In this document: positions 51,458 through 64,000 of the stretch, in pieces
Numbering within the stretch: the stretch's first letter is position 1
Layout: the number at the start of each line of letters is the position of its first letter
Source: Balamuthia mandrillaris
Taxonomy: Eukaryota
Direction: 5' to 3'
Length of the DNA: 64,000 nt
Assembly (NCBI GenBank): GCA_031835245.2
Contig: JAVKOQ020000014.1
Span: 124,001-188,000, forward strand
The notes under the pieces: generated by a model
The model's database searches: none
What the model was told of the DNA's origin: nothing
What the model saw: the letters and a program-made list of their open reading frames with translations, nothing else
Program-made: the position numbers and the translations under genes

Positions 51458-54400
51458 CTAAAGAGGAGTGGCATAGGCAAGACAGTAGGCCAAGGAGTCG
51501 GGTGGAGAATTATAGTAGTCTCTGAGGTAGATGAAAGTGCCAGGAGGGGCCGCGCTATGAATATCTCTTGAATCGACGGTCCAAACGCTGCAGCGTCCAT
51601 AGGAGCCACCGCTGTTCTTGTCACACCAGAGCCAGCCGATGTCACTTTGCTTTTTGAATGTACCGCGCTGTAAAAGCCCAAGATGCACACAGCGATAGTA
51701 GTGCAGATAGGGAGGAGGCATCTCGAGAGCTTGGCCGGGGGTCACTACATCGCCCAACGCCACGTAGCCCTCTGGTGGTATTGGTCTCCACACCGTCATA
51801 CCGGTACGTCCTCCATAGGTCGTACCGGTATCCCTCGTATCCCATAGCCGCTCGTAAGTTACTGGCTTTGCCAGCAGCGGGACCTTCTTGTGCGGTTCTC
51901 CTTCATTTTCCTCATCGTCGCCACTGTCATTCAAGTTCTGCTCCCGCACGACGAGGGTGCACGCTCGTTTGGGCAAGTTCAAATGGGTGCGCTCAGCGTA
52001 GTCTCCTAGGAAGTAATAGCCTTCCGGTGGAATGGGTCGAAAGAACGCAACGTCCCGTATGGACCCTGTGTTGCCATCGTCCCAAAGCTTCTCGAAAGTT
52101 GAGCAGCAAACCACATCTAAACCATGTCGCACGCATTTGTACACCTGACTTTTGCTGTATTTTGTGCTACTGGGGGGTGCTTCCGCTTCCGCTTCCTCTT
52201 TTTCCTCTTTCGCTTCCTCTAAGCCTTCGTCTTCATTGTCATCGTAGGAAAGTGCCCACACTTCACCGTTGGAACTAACGCTGATCCAACCAAACTCCTC
52301 TCCCAACTCTTCAAAGCGGTATCCATTCCACCGAACGGCTGACCGGTTTGTCTCAGAGCTGTATCTGAGGCCATAAATATTGGCCTGGTCGCCAACCGAA
52401 ATCATGGCCAAGCGAGCGGGCACTGATGTCCGCTTCTTATCATTGCTTTCCTCCTGTTCCTCCTCGCCTTCGTTTCCATCATCAACACCGGATGAAAACA
52501 CAGATCCTTTGGGTTCATTCCCCTCGATTCTCTCCCATAACTTGGATGAGGAGCGGCCATGCTGCACCCAAACACAGCCAGACAGGTCCAAAGCCCACAG
52601 AGTTTCTCCAGCACCTGCCGCAAGTGAGGAGAAAAGAATGTTCCACTTTTCCTCATGCTCCTCCACTAGTGGATTCTTTTTCTCCAGCCAATCGAGTGGC
52701 CTGCATATCAAGCGCTCCCAGCTGCCAGCCTGCAACGATGAAGAGCCAATATCTTGTTGTTCCACATCATCCTTCCATTGCCATACTTTGCCATCGGTGT
52801 CAAGCACGAACACAAAATGGCGGGCACCAACGGCTACCTGCTTCGGTTGGAAAAGTCTTGTCCTTACCTCCACCCAAGTGCTCTCCTCTGATTTGGATGT
52901 CTTTCTAGTGCTTCTCTTTAAAAGTGTTCCATTAAAAACACCCCACACGGTCCCATCGCATCCTGCTGAAATTGTAGAAAGAAGACAATCCTGCTCTTGT
53001 TCCCACAGTTTTCCGTTCCAATACCAAACCTTGTTTGCAAAATCCACTGCCCAAACGTCATTATATGCTACCACCGACAGCTCCTTCAGGTTCATCGAAG
53101 CGTTTTGTTGTACAGTTTGCCAGTGATCACCGCTATGAAAGTTGTGAAGAACTTAAGGAAAAAATGTGAGAGGAGGCGCCATTGCAAAGAAAATATAGCA
53201 AACCGCACCTGAATTAAGTCTAACTTGTCGGATGGCCTCTGAATCAAGCCCACAATTGCTGTGATCTAAACAGCTATTCAGTCGTGATGAAAAGATTGTT
53301 TTAGAGGGTGGTCTTACCGTTGTTGTGGTCTGAGGGTATTGTGTTGCTTTTGGTGAGGGGTTCATCTCTCTGGGTATAACAAAACTGCAAGGTAGGGCCA
53401 CGACACGCTTTCATATCAGCAGATAGAGCCAGAGATTTATCAGAAAACTTGCTCCAGCCGCCACTGAACCGCAGCCACGCAAGCTCCCCAGAGGCATCCT
53501 TCGCAAGACTAGGCAGTCGCACCACCTTTTTCCACGTTTGCCAATGCGTTCCCTCATCGCTGACATCTTCATCCTTTGCAGAGGATAGTCCAAAAAAGCC
53601 TTTTGAAGTGTTTTCCATGGTGCTGTAGACACATTTCAGCATGGTAGCAGTGAAACAAAAATAGCAAATACAATGATAAACATTAGACAAGAAAGAGAGA
53701 AAGTGGGTACGGTTTCAGAGCATGGTGGTGCTTGCCGCAATATATGATGGGATGGCCATCAGCAGTAACGGAGAAACCAGGAATTTTGTTTGTTGGCTCC
53801 GCAAAGTAAATGTACCACTTGCCTTCCTCCCATCGACCGCTGGTGTAGATGGCAATAATGGTGGCTGTGTTGGCACAAACACGAACCGTCACGTGTTCCC
53901 AATGCCCTTGGCTCTTTCCTGCTTTTTTTAGCACGGAGCCAGAGGTCGTCTGCTTGTGCGGAAAGAAGATGAAGTACTGGAGGTCGATCTGGAGTGCAAT
54001 ACGCACCATCACAAGCGAATGGTCAGTAAGCAGCTCACCAACCAGAAACGGTCAGGAAGGAACAACCTCTCTCTCTCTCTCTCTCTCTCTCTGGTTGTGT
54101 TTACCTCGTCATTATGCTTGAGGACGTGGACGTAAATAGGGACTTCTCCCGTGTTGAGTGCACTCGCCTGGCCAGCAGCAGCGTCTGGGTACTGTTTGTC
54201 CTCTCTGAGAAGGTAGAAGGGGGAGCCCCTCCAGAACAGCTGCTTTCCAGAGGCCACTTCTACATTGGCGTGCTTGCCCGCACTGTAAAGGATGCCTCCT
54301 TGCGTATCCCTCTGCGCTATCAACCTTAGCGCAGTGGTGAGTGCAGTTCTAATCAACACCAATCACCAGAATTTGTGGCAGCAGCGTACTTTTCCATTTC

Positions 54401-54794
54401 TTCGGAGGAGCAACCAACCTTGGGCAGCAGCATGTTGTCACCCTCCGTCGGCCTGCTCACCCACTTTCGTTACGATACCGTTAGTTTGAGGCATGAGAAG
54501 CATAACACCCATCATACATCAAGCAGGAAACGTGTGTTGTGGGGAAAAAAAAATACTACGTACCAGGGAGCAGCGTTGAAGGTACCATTCTGTGGAGCAT
54601 GGGAAGGAGCTCTCCTGTGGATGAAACCTTAGCTCTGGAGCGAACCTGTAAATCAGCTGCGTGATGAACCCTTCGGGCGTGGTCCTGATGGCGCTCGCTC
54701 TCTTTGCTCTGTTGTTGGAAGCCTGTTGGTCCTCCAGCTCTGCGCTGCCGTGGGGCTGACGCCCCTCCATTGTGTCACTGCTGGCTCTCCTCAT
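51458..54794 (-). CDS. Vps62/DUF946-like protein with internal tectonin-type beta-propeller repeats, multi-exon
   Basis: FAPELRFHPQE..FP, QYFIFFP..HWEHV; ISAGCDGTVWGV and ISVSSNGEVWAL repeats; C-terminal FRPIPPEGYYFLGD and WRPIPPEGYVALGDV. Confidence 0.7.
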
Positions 54795-54898
54795 TCCTCC
54801 CCCTTGGGCTTCTTCTTCTCTGTGTGCCTTCTTCTTTCTTTTTCGTTTGTTGTGGCTTTCTTCTCTTTTGCAACAACAAAGGGGGAAAGCTAATTATT

Positions 54899-54949
<51 letters not shown>

Positions 54950-55037
54950 CAGAGAAGAAGAAGAACAAGAAGAACAAGAAGGGATTAGGCGTGGATTCCA
55001 AAGGACCGCTATTTTATTCAGAGTTTTTTTTTCTTCT

Positions 55038-57771
55038 TTACTTCATGATGGGCATGGTGGCACCGAATTGGCCGAGGTCCTCCTCCTTCCAGAGGGAGGT
55101 GATGGTCTTGGTCTGGGTGTAAAAGTGCACGCCGGCCTTGCCGTAGAAGTGGGAGGCGCCCACAAAAGAGCCGCGGGATCCCGTGAAGCTGAAGAAGGGC
55201 AGGGGGACAGGGATGGGAATGTTGACACCAACCTGACCGACGTCGATCTCGTGCTGGTACTTGCGGGCAGCAGCTCCGTTGCGCGTGAAGATGGCAGTGC
55301 CGTTGCCGTAGGGGTTGGAGTTGATCATCTGGATGGCGTCGTCGAGGGTATCGGCCTCCTGGCACAGCAACACTGGGCCAAAGATCTCTTCCTTGTAGCA
55401 CTCCATGTCAGGAGTGACGCCGGTGAGGATGGTTGGTCCCACAAAGTTGCCCTTGGGGTAGCCGGGCACGCGGATTCCTCTTCCGTCGAGAACCAACTTG
55501 GCGCCTTGCTTGACACCGCTTTCAATGAGCTTTTCCACTCTCTCCTTGGCCTATGGTAGTGTATTAGCAAAGTTGAAAGAAGAACAAGAAGAAGAACAAG
55601 AACAAGAACAAGAAGAAGAAGAAGAAGAAGAACAAGAAGAACAAGAAGAACAAGAAGAACAAGAAGAACAAGAACAAGAAGAAGAACAAGAACAAGAACA
55701 AGAACAGAAGAAGAACAAGAACAAGAACAAGAAAAGAACAAGAACAAGAACAAGAACAAGAACAAGAAAGAACAAGAACAAGAACAAGAACAAGAACAAG
55801 AACAAGAACAAGAAGAACAAGAACAAGAACAAGAACAAGAAGAACAAGAAGAAGAAGAAGAAGAAGAAGAAGATAATTTTGAGTATACCTGAGGAGAAAT
55901 GAGAGGACCCACATCCACACCAGGCTCGAATCCGCAACCAACTCTCAGCTTCTTGGCTCTTTCTACAAGCTCAGGAATCCTAGTAGTTAAAGGAGGTAAG
56001 ATCAACAAATCAACAGCAGGAGAGAAAAAAAAGCTGGGAAAAGCGGGTAAATTGTACATACCAGTCCTTGCTCTCACCAACGAAGACGGCGGTGGAGAGA
56101 GCCATGCAGCGCTGGCCAGCAGCACCAAAAGCAGCACCGGCAAGAGCAGTAAGGGTTGAATCCTTGTTAGCATCAGGCATGATTGTGGCGTGGTTCTTAG
56201 CGGCCATGTTGGACTGGAAAGTATTGAAAAGAGAGAAGGGGATAAGCTTCCTTCAAAGTGTAACCGTTAAGCAGGTGTGTATACAAACCTGCACGCGTTT
56301 GCCGTTCTTTGTGCCTCGGTCGTGAATGTAGCGACCAGCTTGATCTGAGCCTACGAATGAAATGGCTTTAACAGCAGGATCATCGCAAATAAAGTTGACA
56401 GCATCCTTATTATTGCAATCGTAATAAATTAGAAGAAGCAGATCTATAACAAAATAGGAGAAAGACAAAACATACTCTTGTGCCGTGAATGACATTAAGA
56501 ACACCAGGAGGAAGGCCGGCTTCTCTGGCCAACCTCGCAAGAATCATGGAAGCTCCTGGATCTCTCTCAGAAGGCTTCAAGAGGAAGGTGTTACCGGTGG
56601 TGATAGCAATAGGGAACATCCACAAGGGAATCATAGCTGTAAAACAAAGGTATAAGAAAAAGTAATTCGGATGTTTGAGGAATGGTAGGTACCTGGGAAG
56701 TTGAATGGGGTGATACCAGCGCACACACCCAAGGGCTGGCGGTAACTGTAGGTGTCAATGTTCTTTCCAACGTTTTCCACAGTCTCTCCCATTTGAATGC
56801 TAGGAATACTGCAAGAATGTTCCACCACCTCTGATATTTTAATAAGACAATAGAAGAAAAGGGGAAGAATCGTTAGGCATTCCGCATTTTTTTTTAAAGA
56901 TAAAGCAAGGGCTTGTACCAAGACCACGGAAGACGTCTCCCCTGGCATCAACCAGAGTCTTGCCTTGCTCTTTGGTAATGGACTTGGCCAACTCCTCCTG
57001 TTTAAAGAAGCGATTGCAGTGAGTACATTAAGGCTTTAACCCCAAAGCACTAAATTGAAGAACAAAAACACAAACAAACAAACAAACAAACAAACAAAAA
57101 CGTTACCATGTGTTCGTTGATCAAAGCCTGCAACTTAAACATAACTCTGACACGAGAGCTCAGGGAGGACTCTTTCCAGGACTTGAAGGCCTTGGCGGCA
57201 GAGTCGGAGGCCCTCTGCATCTCTTCCTTTGTGGCCAAGGGCACGCGAGTAACTACCTCTTGTGTGGCCTTAAAAGGGAAGGGAGCAGTTACAGTTAGCA
57301 ACGGACAACGCCCCATTTTTTTTTGTAACAAATGCAAACGGGCCGTACCGGGTCATGCACATCAAAGTATTCCTTTGTTTTGGATTCCACAAACTCGTTG
57401 TCGATGAACAATTTGGTAGTCTAGTCGGACTATTTGTTAGGCTACTCGGGGCCACACGAAGAGAGCATATGGATATGGGAGAACGAGAAGACAAGCATAA
57501 CGTACCTCTGTGGAATAGGCGCGCAGAGAAGAGGCGCCCCACAAGTTCCTGCCGCCAGCTGGCAAGCCCGTCCTCTGCGCACGGAATCAAGGTCAGCGTC
57601 GGGTAATTGATTTATTATTATTATTTATTTTTTTTTTTGAAACAAAGAGACAAACGCATAAAGAAGAGAGAAGGGGAGGGCCAGCTGGCTAGGGAAAAGA
57701 CGTACCGCCAAGGAGGCCAAAGGAGAAGAACGAGCAGCAAAGCCTGTAGCAGAGAACACTCCCTTTTTCAT
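55038..57771 (-). CDS. ALDH6A1: Methylmalonate-semialdehyde dehydrogenase (ALDH6), multi-exon
   Basis: [56 protein letters not shown] and [12 protein letters not shown]. Confidence 0.95.
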
Positions 57772-58020
57772 GTTTGTGGTTTTTTTGTTTTTCGTTTCAA
57801 CAACAAAAAAAAAATGGAAAGAAAAATGGAAAACGGAATAAGGAGGATGGCTAACCCTAGTACCCTCCTTAAAATTCAAGGGTTAACCCTAACCCTCATT
57901 TTTTCCTTTATGCAATTTTTTTTTAAAAAAAAAGGGGAAGTAATACAGTTTTTGCCACCATCCAATGCAGCTCGTTGTTGTTGTTGTTGTTGGCGGAGGA
58001 GGAGGAGGAGGATGCATTTT

Positions 58021-60640
58021 TTAGTTGGATGAAGAGAGCGAGGTGTAGCACTTATCACAGACGCGAACGGTCCCGGTGAAGCCCGCCTTCAACAACGCGT
58101 ACTTCTTGTTAGAACAGCTGCCACAAAAGATACCTCCACAATTCCTGTTTTTTTTAAAAAAAAAAATAAATAAAAGATAGCAAGTGAGCGCCTGTTTAGC
58201 GAAGGACAGCAACAAGAAGCAGAAAGGAGGGACCAACCTGCAGTGATGACGTCGTCTTATTACCGTGAAGGCAGTTTTGCAGGCCATGCATTGCTCGGAC
58301 TCCTCATCAGGCACCCACCCGTGCAAAATCATGGCGGTGCAGTGAGAGCCCCCGCATGCGATTTCTCTAACTTTCTTCCTGCTCATGGCCTCCACCACGG
58401 TTGGCACATAGATGTCGCTCTCATGCCCATGCCCCAAACGGCCGTTCGCCCCATGACCCCAAGAAAAGAGCAGACCATCCTTGGTTAGTGCAACGCTGCT
58501 TGCTGCACCAGCAGCTATTTGGATCACCTCATCGCCGGCCAGGTCTTGGAAAGGAGCGTCCACAAGCAAAGGCGCACTCGACTGCTGCACACTCTTTCCT
58601 TTGCCCAACTGGCCACGAGAGCCCTCTCCCCATGTGTAGATTTTTCCTCCAGTCCCCAAAGCAATCATATGGCTTCCCCCTGTTGCTATCCGCACGATAG
58701 TTACGCCCTCTAGGGCTCTCACTTTCGTTGGCTTCAACACATCTGATTCGTCACCATGCCCTAGGACTCCATTTGTACCGTCTCCCCAGGTATAAACCTG
58801 CCCTCGCTCTAGAATCGATCGTCAATAAGTGTCCACAGGCAAACAACGGCACATAATAGAAAAAATTGGCCATACCTGTAATGGCTGCAGTGTAGGTGGC
58901 CGCACACTGCACTCTGGATACCTTTTGCCCATCGACATCTATCCTAACAGGGGTAAGCTGGACGGCAGTATCCTCTATACCAAGCGCTCCATTCTCATTT
59001 CTTCCCCACATATAAAGATGGCCCTCACCTGTAGTTAAAAATAAGTAAAGAGCGTCATGTGAAAAAAGAAAAAGAAAAAGAAAAAGAAAAAGAAAAAGAA
59101 GGGCAATTACTGGTTACAGCTGCAGTGGTTGCACGGCCACAAGCTACATAGACTACTTGCAATCCTTCCAACGCGTTTACTTCGAAAGGAGTAAGGACGG
59201 TTTCCTCGTCTCCAAAACCAAGCCGTCCGTCTGCTCCCATTCCCCAGGCATACACTTGTCCACTCGCTACAACCAAAAATATGAGCATCTCAAAGGAGAT
59301 AACAGGGTTGGTACAACTATTTGGAGGGAAGCAAAGAACCTGTGAGGGCAACGGAGTGGTTTTCTCCACAAGCCACTTGGATGACATGCCTTCCACTAAG
59401 ACCTTCTATAAACAAAGGAGTAAAGCGATCTCTTTCGTGGCCATGCCCAAGCCTGCCATTGCTGCCAGCTCCCCAAGAAAACGCCTCACCTTCGGCTTCA
59501 AGGTGGAAGCGTGAATGTGTATGTGAGAGACGCGTTTGTTTCTTTAAAAAGGAGTAATATAGATACCATTCCACGCAACGGTGTGGGCTTGACCACATGA
59601 TACGCCTCGTATGTCTCTTCCCAATAGTGTTTCTATCACTTTCGGCAGAGATTGGTCATACTCGTCACCGTGACCCAAGCGACCATTGACTCCTTGTCCA
59701 AAGCTGTAGACATCGTTGCTGTCCTCTCTTCTCTTTACAATGGTTTTCTTTCCTTTGAAAACCACTGTGACGGTTTCTTCGACTTGAGCAGAGCCCTCGT
59801 GAACAGGTGTTGCCTTCGCCTCTCTCAGATCGATGGGCTGAACAGTGTCAGGCTTCGTCAGTACAAACTTACATTATGCAACCATATGGAAAATGAGCAA
59901 CCTACCTCTACGGTCAAGGATTTAAGACCCATTACCCACACTTCAAACTCAGTTTTGTTCTTGCACACCTGTAGCAGATGCACACAGAATAAGAGAAGAG
60001 CTGAGAAGAAAAAGGAGGAGAGAGGAAGTAGAGGAGAAGGAGAAGAGAAGAAGAGCTGAGAGGAGAAGAGGACGAGGGAAGTACATACAATATCGAGGGT
60101 TTTGCCGCCACCGTAAACCAACGAGAAGGCGAGCCGCTCATACTCGGGCCGATAATTGCTTTTGAAGATCTGTTGAAAATGAGTGCTAGGCAAGTAGAAA
60201 ACAAAGAGGTTGTTGCAATAGAGGGCCAACCTACCTTGGTTTTCTGTCCTAACTTCAGTTCGGTGACATCGGCGAGGCTCACTGATGAGACCACCGACGA
60301 TCAGTAAAATAAAGAGCGACGACCCCAACAACAACGAAACAAAAAGGTGGAACAACCTGTTGACTTGGCAGAGGGTTTCTTAGGGCTGGTCCAACTCAAC
60401 GTCTTCATATCCTCGCTCAAAACAAACGTTCTGTTTTATTTGTGGTTTGATGTTGGTAAATGCGTAAGCCCAATATTTTGGTTTTTTTAAAAAAAAAACA
60501 AGCTGTTTCAAAGGTCACCTGAAGTGCGGGTTGCCTCTGTGTCCGCATTTCAAGAGGGTGGCCCCCTTTTGCATTTGCACAACCGCAGAAGCGGCAGTCA
60601 CCGTGCTGTGAGGGGGTTTGAGCTCGGTGGGTTCCTGCAT
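58021..60640 (-). CDS. PH - RCC1 repeats - FYVE domain protein, multi-exon
   Basis: [34 protein letters not shown] (PH), multiple SWG.G.NGRLGHG repeats, and WVPDEE..C..C..F..RRRHHCRNCG (FYVE). Confidence 0.88.
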
Positions 60641-60720
60641 GCTTCTCCTTCTTTTTTGCGCTGCTACTCTTTTTTTTGACCGATTGGACTTTCTTTTTAT
60701 TTCCCTTATTAATTACTCTA

Positions 60721-60848
60721 TCGTGACGACATGTATTAATCGGGAAAACACACGTCACTTAGATTGATCGATCAGGACGTGAAGTGGCATACCTGGGTCG
60801 TGACGACATGCAAAAATCAGATTAACACACGTCATTCAGATCGATCAG
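60721..60848. promoter_or_regulatory. Duplicated ~52-bp module in a bidirectional promoter
   Basis: TCGTGACGACATG..AACACACGTCA..GATCGATCAG at 60721-60775 and 60798-60848. Confidence 0.55.
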
Positions 60849-60944
60849 TTGGTGAGTTACGTGGCGCCTCCCCACAAAGAAAAGAGTAGCGGCACAGAAG
60901 AGAGCGACCACCCACCCAACCAACCACCCAACAAACAAGCCAAG

Positions 60945-61817
60945 ATGAACGGGGACGGTTATCGCTCACCCCCTGGAAGCACTGGCGTTGCCTATGGAGG
61001 ACCACAGCAACCCATGTTTGCCAGGCAGCAGCAACAGCAACCCATGTTCACCTACCAGCCAGAGCAGGAGCAGCCATGGAGGCCCTCCGCTGGGGGCTTT
61101 GCTTCCCCTCCCTCCACCATGGCGCCAACGATGGCCCCCTCCTCCTCCAACAACAACCTCAACGCCTCCGTTCCTCAGAGAGACGGTGCTGCAGGTGGCA
61201 CTCGCCTCTTTGAAGACCTCAGCTCCAACGAGTTCTTCAGCAGCGTAGCGGACAGCCACATGACCAGGATTGGCATCGACGTTGGGCGCAGGTGGATGGG
61301 CACCGCCAAGGATGAGTTCGAAGGCACTGTACGTCATTTTCCCTCCCTCCCTTCAGCGCTGCCTCCCCTCTTCTTACCTTCTCTAAAATCTCGTTCCCTC
61401 GCCCTGCTTCAGTTGAGCCGCTGGCTGTCCTCCACCAACCTCAAGTACTACTTCAACGTCAACAACTCTTACGTCCTCAACAAAATCAGGCTGCTTCTAT
61501 GCCCTGTCTTGCACAAGGTTTGTGCTTTTTCCTTGCTTGTGGTTCTTCTCGCTCACATTCTGTTTTTCTTTTTGTTTCTGGCCTTGGGTTCCTTCTTCTT
61601 CATCATAGTCATGGAAGCGACGAGTGGTGCGAACACAAGAAGGACAGGAAGTCTACCCGCCCCCCAAAGATGACCTCAACGCCCCTGACCTTTATCTCCC
61701 ACTTATGGCCTTTGTCACCTACATCCTCATTGCTGGCTTTATTCTTGGTACTCGAGGCTCGTGCGTATCTCCTCTTATTCTTCTTCTTCTTCCTCTTCTT
61801 CTTCTTCTTCTCCCTTC

Positions 61818-61879
<62 letters not shown>

Positions 61880-62647
61880 ACCATAATTCAACATTTTGAC
61901 CTGGTCCAAAACAAGATTTACACCAGAGGTACTGGGCATGGCATTCAGCAAAGGCTTCATTTCTCTTTGCATCGAGGTGGTGCTGCTTAAGTTTGGCTTC
62001 TATCTGCTCAACTCCATTGATGCCTCTGTCTTTGACTTTTTCAGTTTTGGTGGTTACATTTTTGTTGGGTAAATCCCCCTGCTGCTTTCTCCCTCCCGCA
62101 CTAGCCCAACTTAATGACCTAAACGCTTTATTACAAAAAAGTCTCTGTGTGAATCACTTGGCAGGTCTACTTGGTGGCCCCTATGTTTACTATGCCACGA
62201 TGTTACTCACCGGCTTTTTCATGGCCACCTTCATGGTACTCCTCAGGCTCTTTTCGTCGTTTCTCTTTCTCTTTCTCTTTCTCTTTCTCTTTCTCTTTCT
62301 CTTTCTCTTTCTCTTTCTCTTTCTCTTTCTCCTTCTCCTTCTCCTTCTCCTTCTCCTTCTCCTTCTCCTTCTCCTTCTTCTTCTCCTTCTCCTTCTCTTT
62401 CCCTTTCCCTTTCCTTTCTCTTCCTGCTTCTCTCTATCTTTCTCTCTCTGTGTTGTTGGTGCAGCGACAAGAGTGTATTGACCACCATTTGCATCAACAG
62501 GTAAAGACTCTGCGATTGCTAGTGCTGCCCGATCAGCCGGCCGATATGGACGGAGGTGTGGGGCTGCCCTCCAACCGCCGCAACTACTTCCTGCTAAGCA
62601 TAGCCCTCCTCCAAATCATATTCTCCTACTTTCTGGGTGTCTATTGA
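60945..62647 (+). CDS. YIF1: YIF1 ER-Golgi membrane protein, multi-exon
   Basis: [50 protein letters not shown]. Confidence 0.92.
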
Positions 62648-62773
62648 TATCAGCCCTCCTCTCTCTGCTTCTTTGCTTCCCTTCCTTCCAACACAAAATA
62701 AACGGCAGACTTCTTTCTTATCTCTTTTTTTCTCCTCGCAACGCAAAAGAAAAGCCATAAGAGAAAAACAGCG

Positions 62774-64000
62774 ATGAGAAGGTGTTATGGTGCAGGGGGT
62801 GGGCTGCTCGCCGCCAACAGCGGCGTCTCCTTGTGGAGCCGCTCTTCGGGCAATGCCGTTGGAAAGGCTGCTGCTCGCCGGCTCCTTGGAACGAGCGCAG
62901 GGCGGGGTTCCCAGGTAATGGTGTATGCCGCACAAACAAACGATCCTCTGTTCAACCTGGCCACAGAAGGTTCTGCTCCTTGCTCTTCTTCTGTTAGCCG
63001 GTGGGTTTGCTTCTAACGTATGCAACCTTTTGTTTGGTTTAAAAGAGTGGATATTCAGGGAGGGTGACCTCTCCAAACAAACGCTGTACCTTTGGCGCAA
63101 CTCTCCCACCGTGGTGATCGGCAAACACCAGAACCCCTTCAAGGAATGCCACCTCCAAAACATGGAGAAAGGTCAGTTCTCTCTCTGCTTCTCTAGTTCT
63201 CTTCTTTCATGGCTAACACGTTTGCTGCTTCTTCGCCAACGGCCAAAAGAGGGAGTGGTGTTGGCTCGACGGCACTCTGGCGGAGGAGCGGTTTATCAGG
63301 ACCTTGGCAACTCCTGCTTCACGTTCCTTTCTCCTCGTGCTCACTTTGACAAAGCCAGGAATACCAACATCATCATCAACGCCCTTGCTGAGAGTTTTGG
63401 CATTAAGGCCACAGCCTCCGGCCGCAACGATATCCTTGTGGAAGGCCAAAAGGTTTCAGCCATTGATCGTCGAGAGAGAGGAGAGAGAGAGAAGAAGAAG
63501 AAGAAGAAGAAGAAGAAGAAGAAGAAGAAGAAGAAGAAGAAGAAGAACAAGAAGAACAAGAAGAACAAGAAGAAGAAGAACAAGAAGAAGAAGAAGAACA
63601 AGAAGAAGAAGAAGAACAAGAAGAAGAAGAAACAAAAGGGAGAGCAAATATAGAGAGAAGCGAGAAGCGACAAGAGAATAGGAATAGATGACTGAACACG
63701 TTCTTTTTGTCTGTTGTTGTTATCAGATCTCAGGGTCAGCATACAAGGTCAGTGGAGAGAGAGCATTACATCATGGCACACTGTTACTGAACGTGGATTT
63801 AGAAGCTTTGGCACAGTACTTAAATCCAGATAAAGCTAAGCTGATGGTAGTAGCCTTCCAATGCCTTCTTCTGAAACTCAACATTCTCACCAAACCCTTC
63901 TCCCCTTTTGCAGAGCAAAGGAGTGAGCAGCGTCAAAGCAAGAGTTAGAAACTTAAGCACGCTCAACCCAAACATTTCTCACGAGACTATCTCCCAAGCA
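62774..64000 (+). CDS. lplA: Lipoate-protein ligase A-like protein, multi-exon, 3'-truncated by the window
   Basis: [58 protein letters not shown] and [11 protein letters not shown]. Confidence 0.93.

Noticed and set aside
57851..57896. TAACCC telomere-like motifs upstream of MMSDH
   Set aside because: Only about three units; could be a telo-box but is unsupported.

Overview
Intron-rich, compact eukaryotic DNA, probably from an amoebozoan protist (inferred from gene content, short GT-AG introns and microsatellite-filled introns; not verifiable here). Two gene-dense arms flank a ~15 kb island of decayed transposons (~23-38.5 kb). The left arm has an RCC1 protein, a 4x calpain-III/TKL kinase, a glycosyltransferase-like ORF, RACK1, TVP38, TopBP1 and two PLOD-like oxygenases. 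The island has a chromodomain Ty3/Gypsy element, solo LTRs of several families, and Harbinger/IS5-like and Sola-like transposases. The right arm has a PLS-E-DYW PPR protein, MCM6, frataxin, a Vps62/tectonin protein, MMSDH, a PH-RCC1-FYVE protein, YIF1 and LplA. The standout is a three-gene cluster at 41.7-46.6 kb: two spliced paralogues of BpsA (branched-chain polyamine synthase, which I know only from thermophilic prokaryotes) flank an APH-fold small-molecule kinase. One paralogue keeps the GDDD motif; the other has GDFD. All calls are by-eye motif recognition and manual splice reconstruction; no database searches were run.
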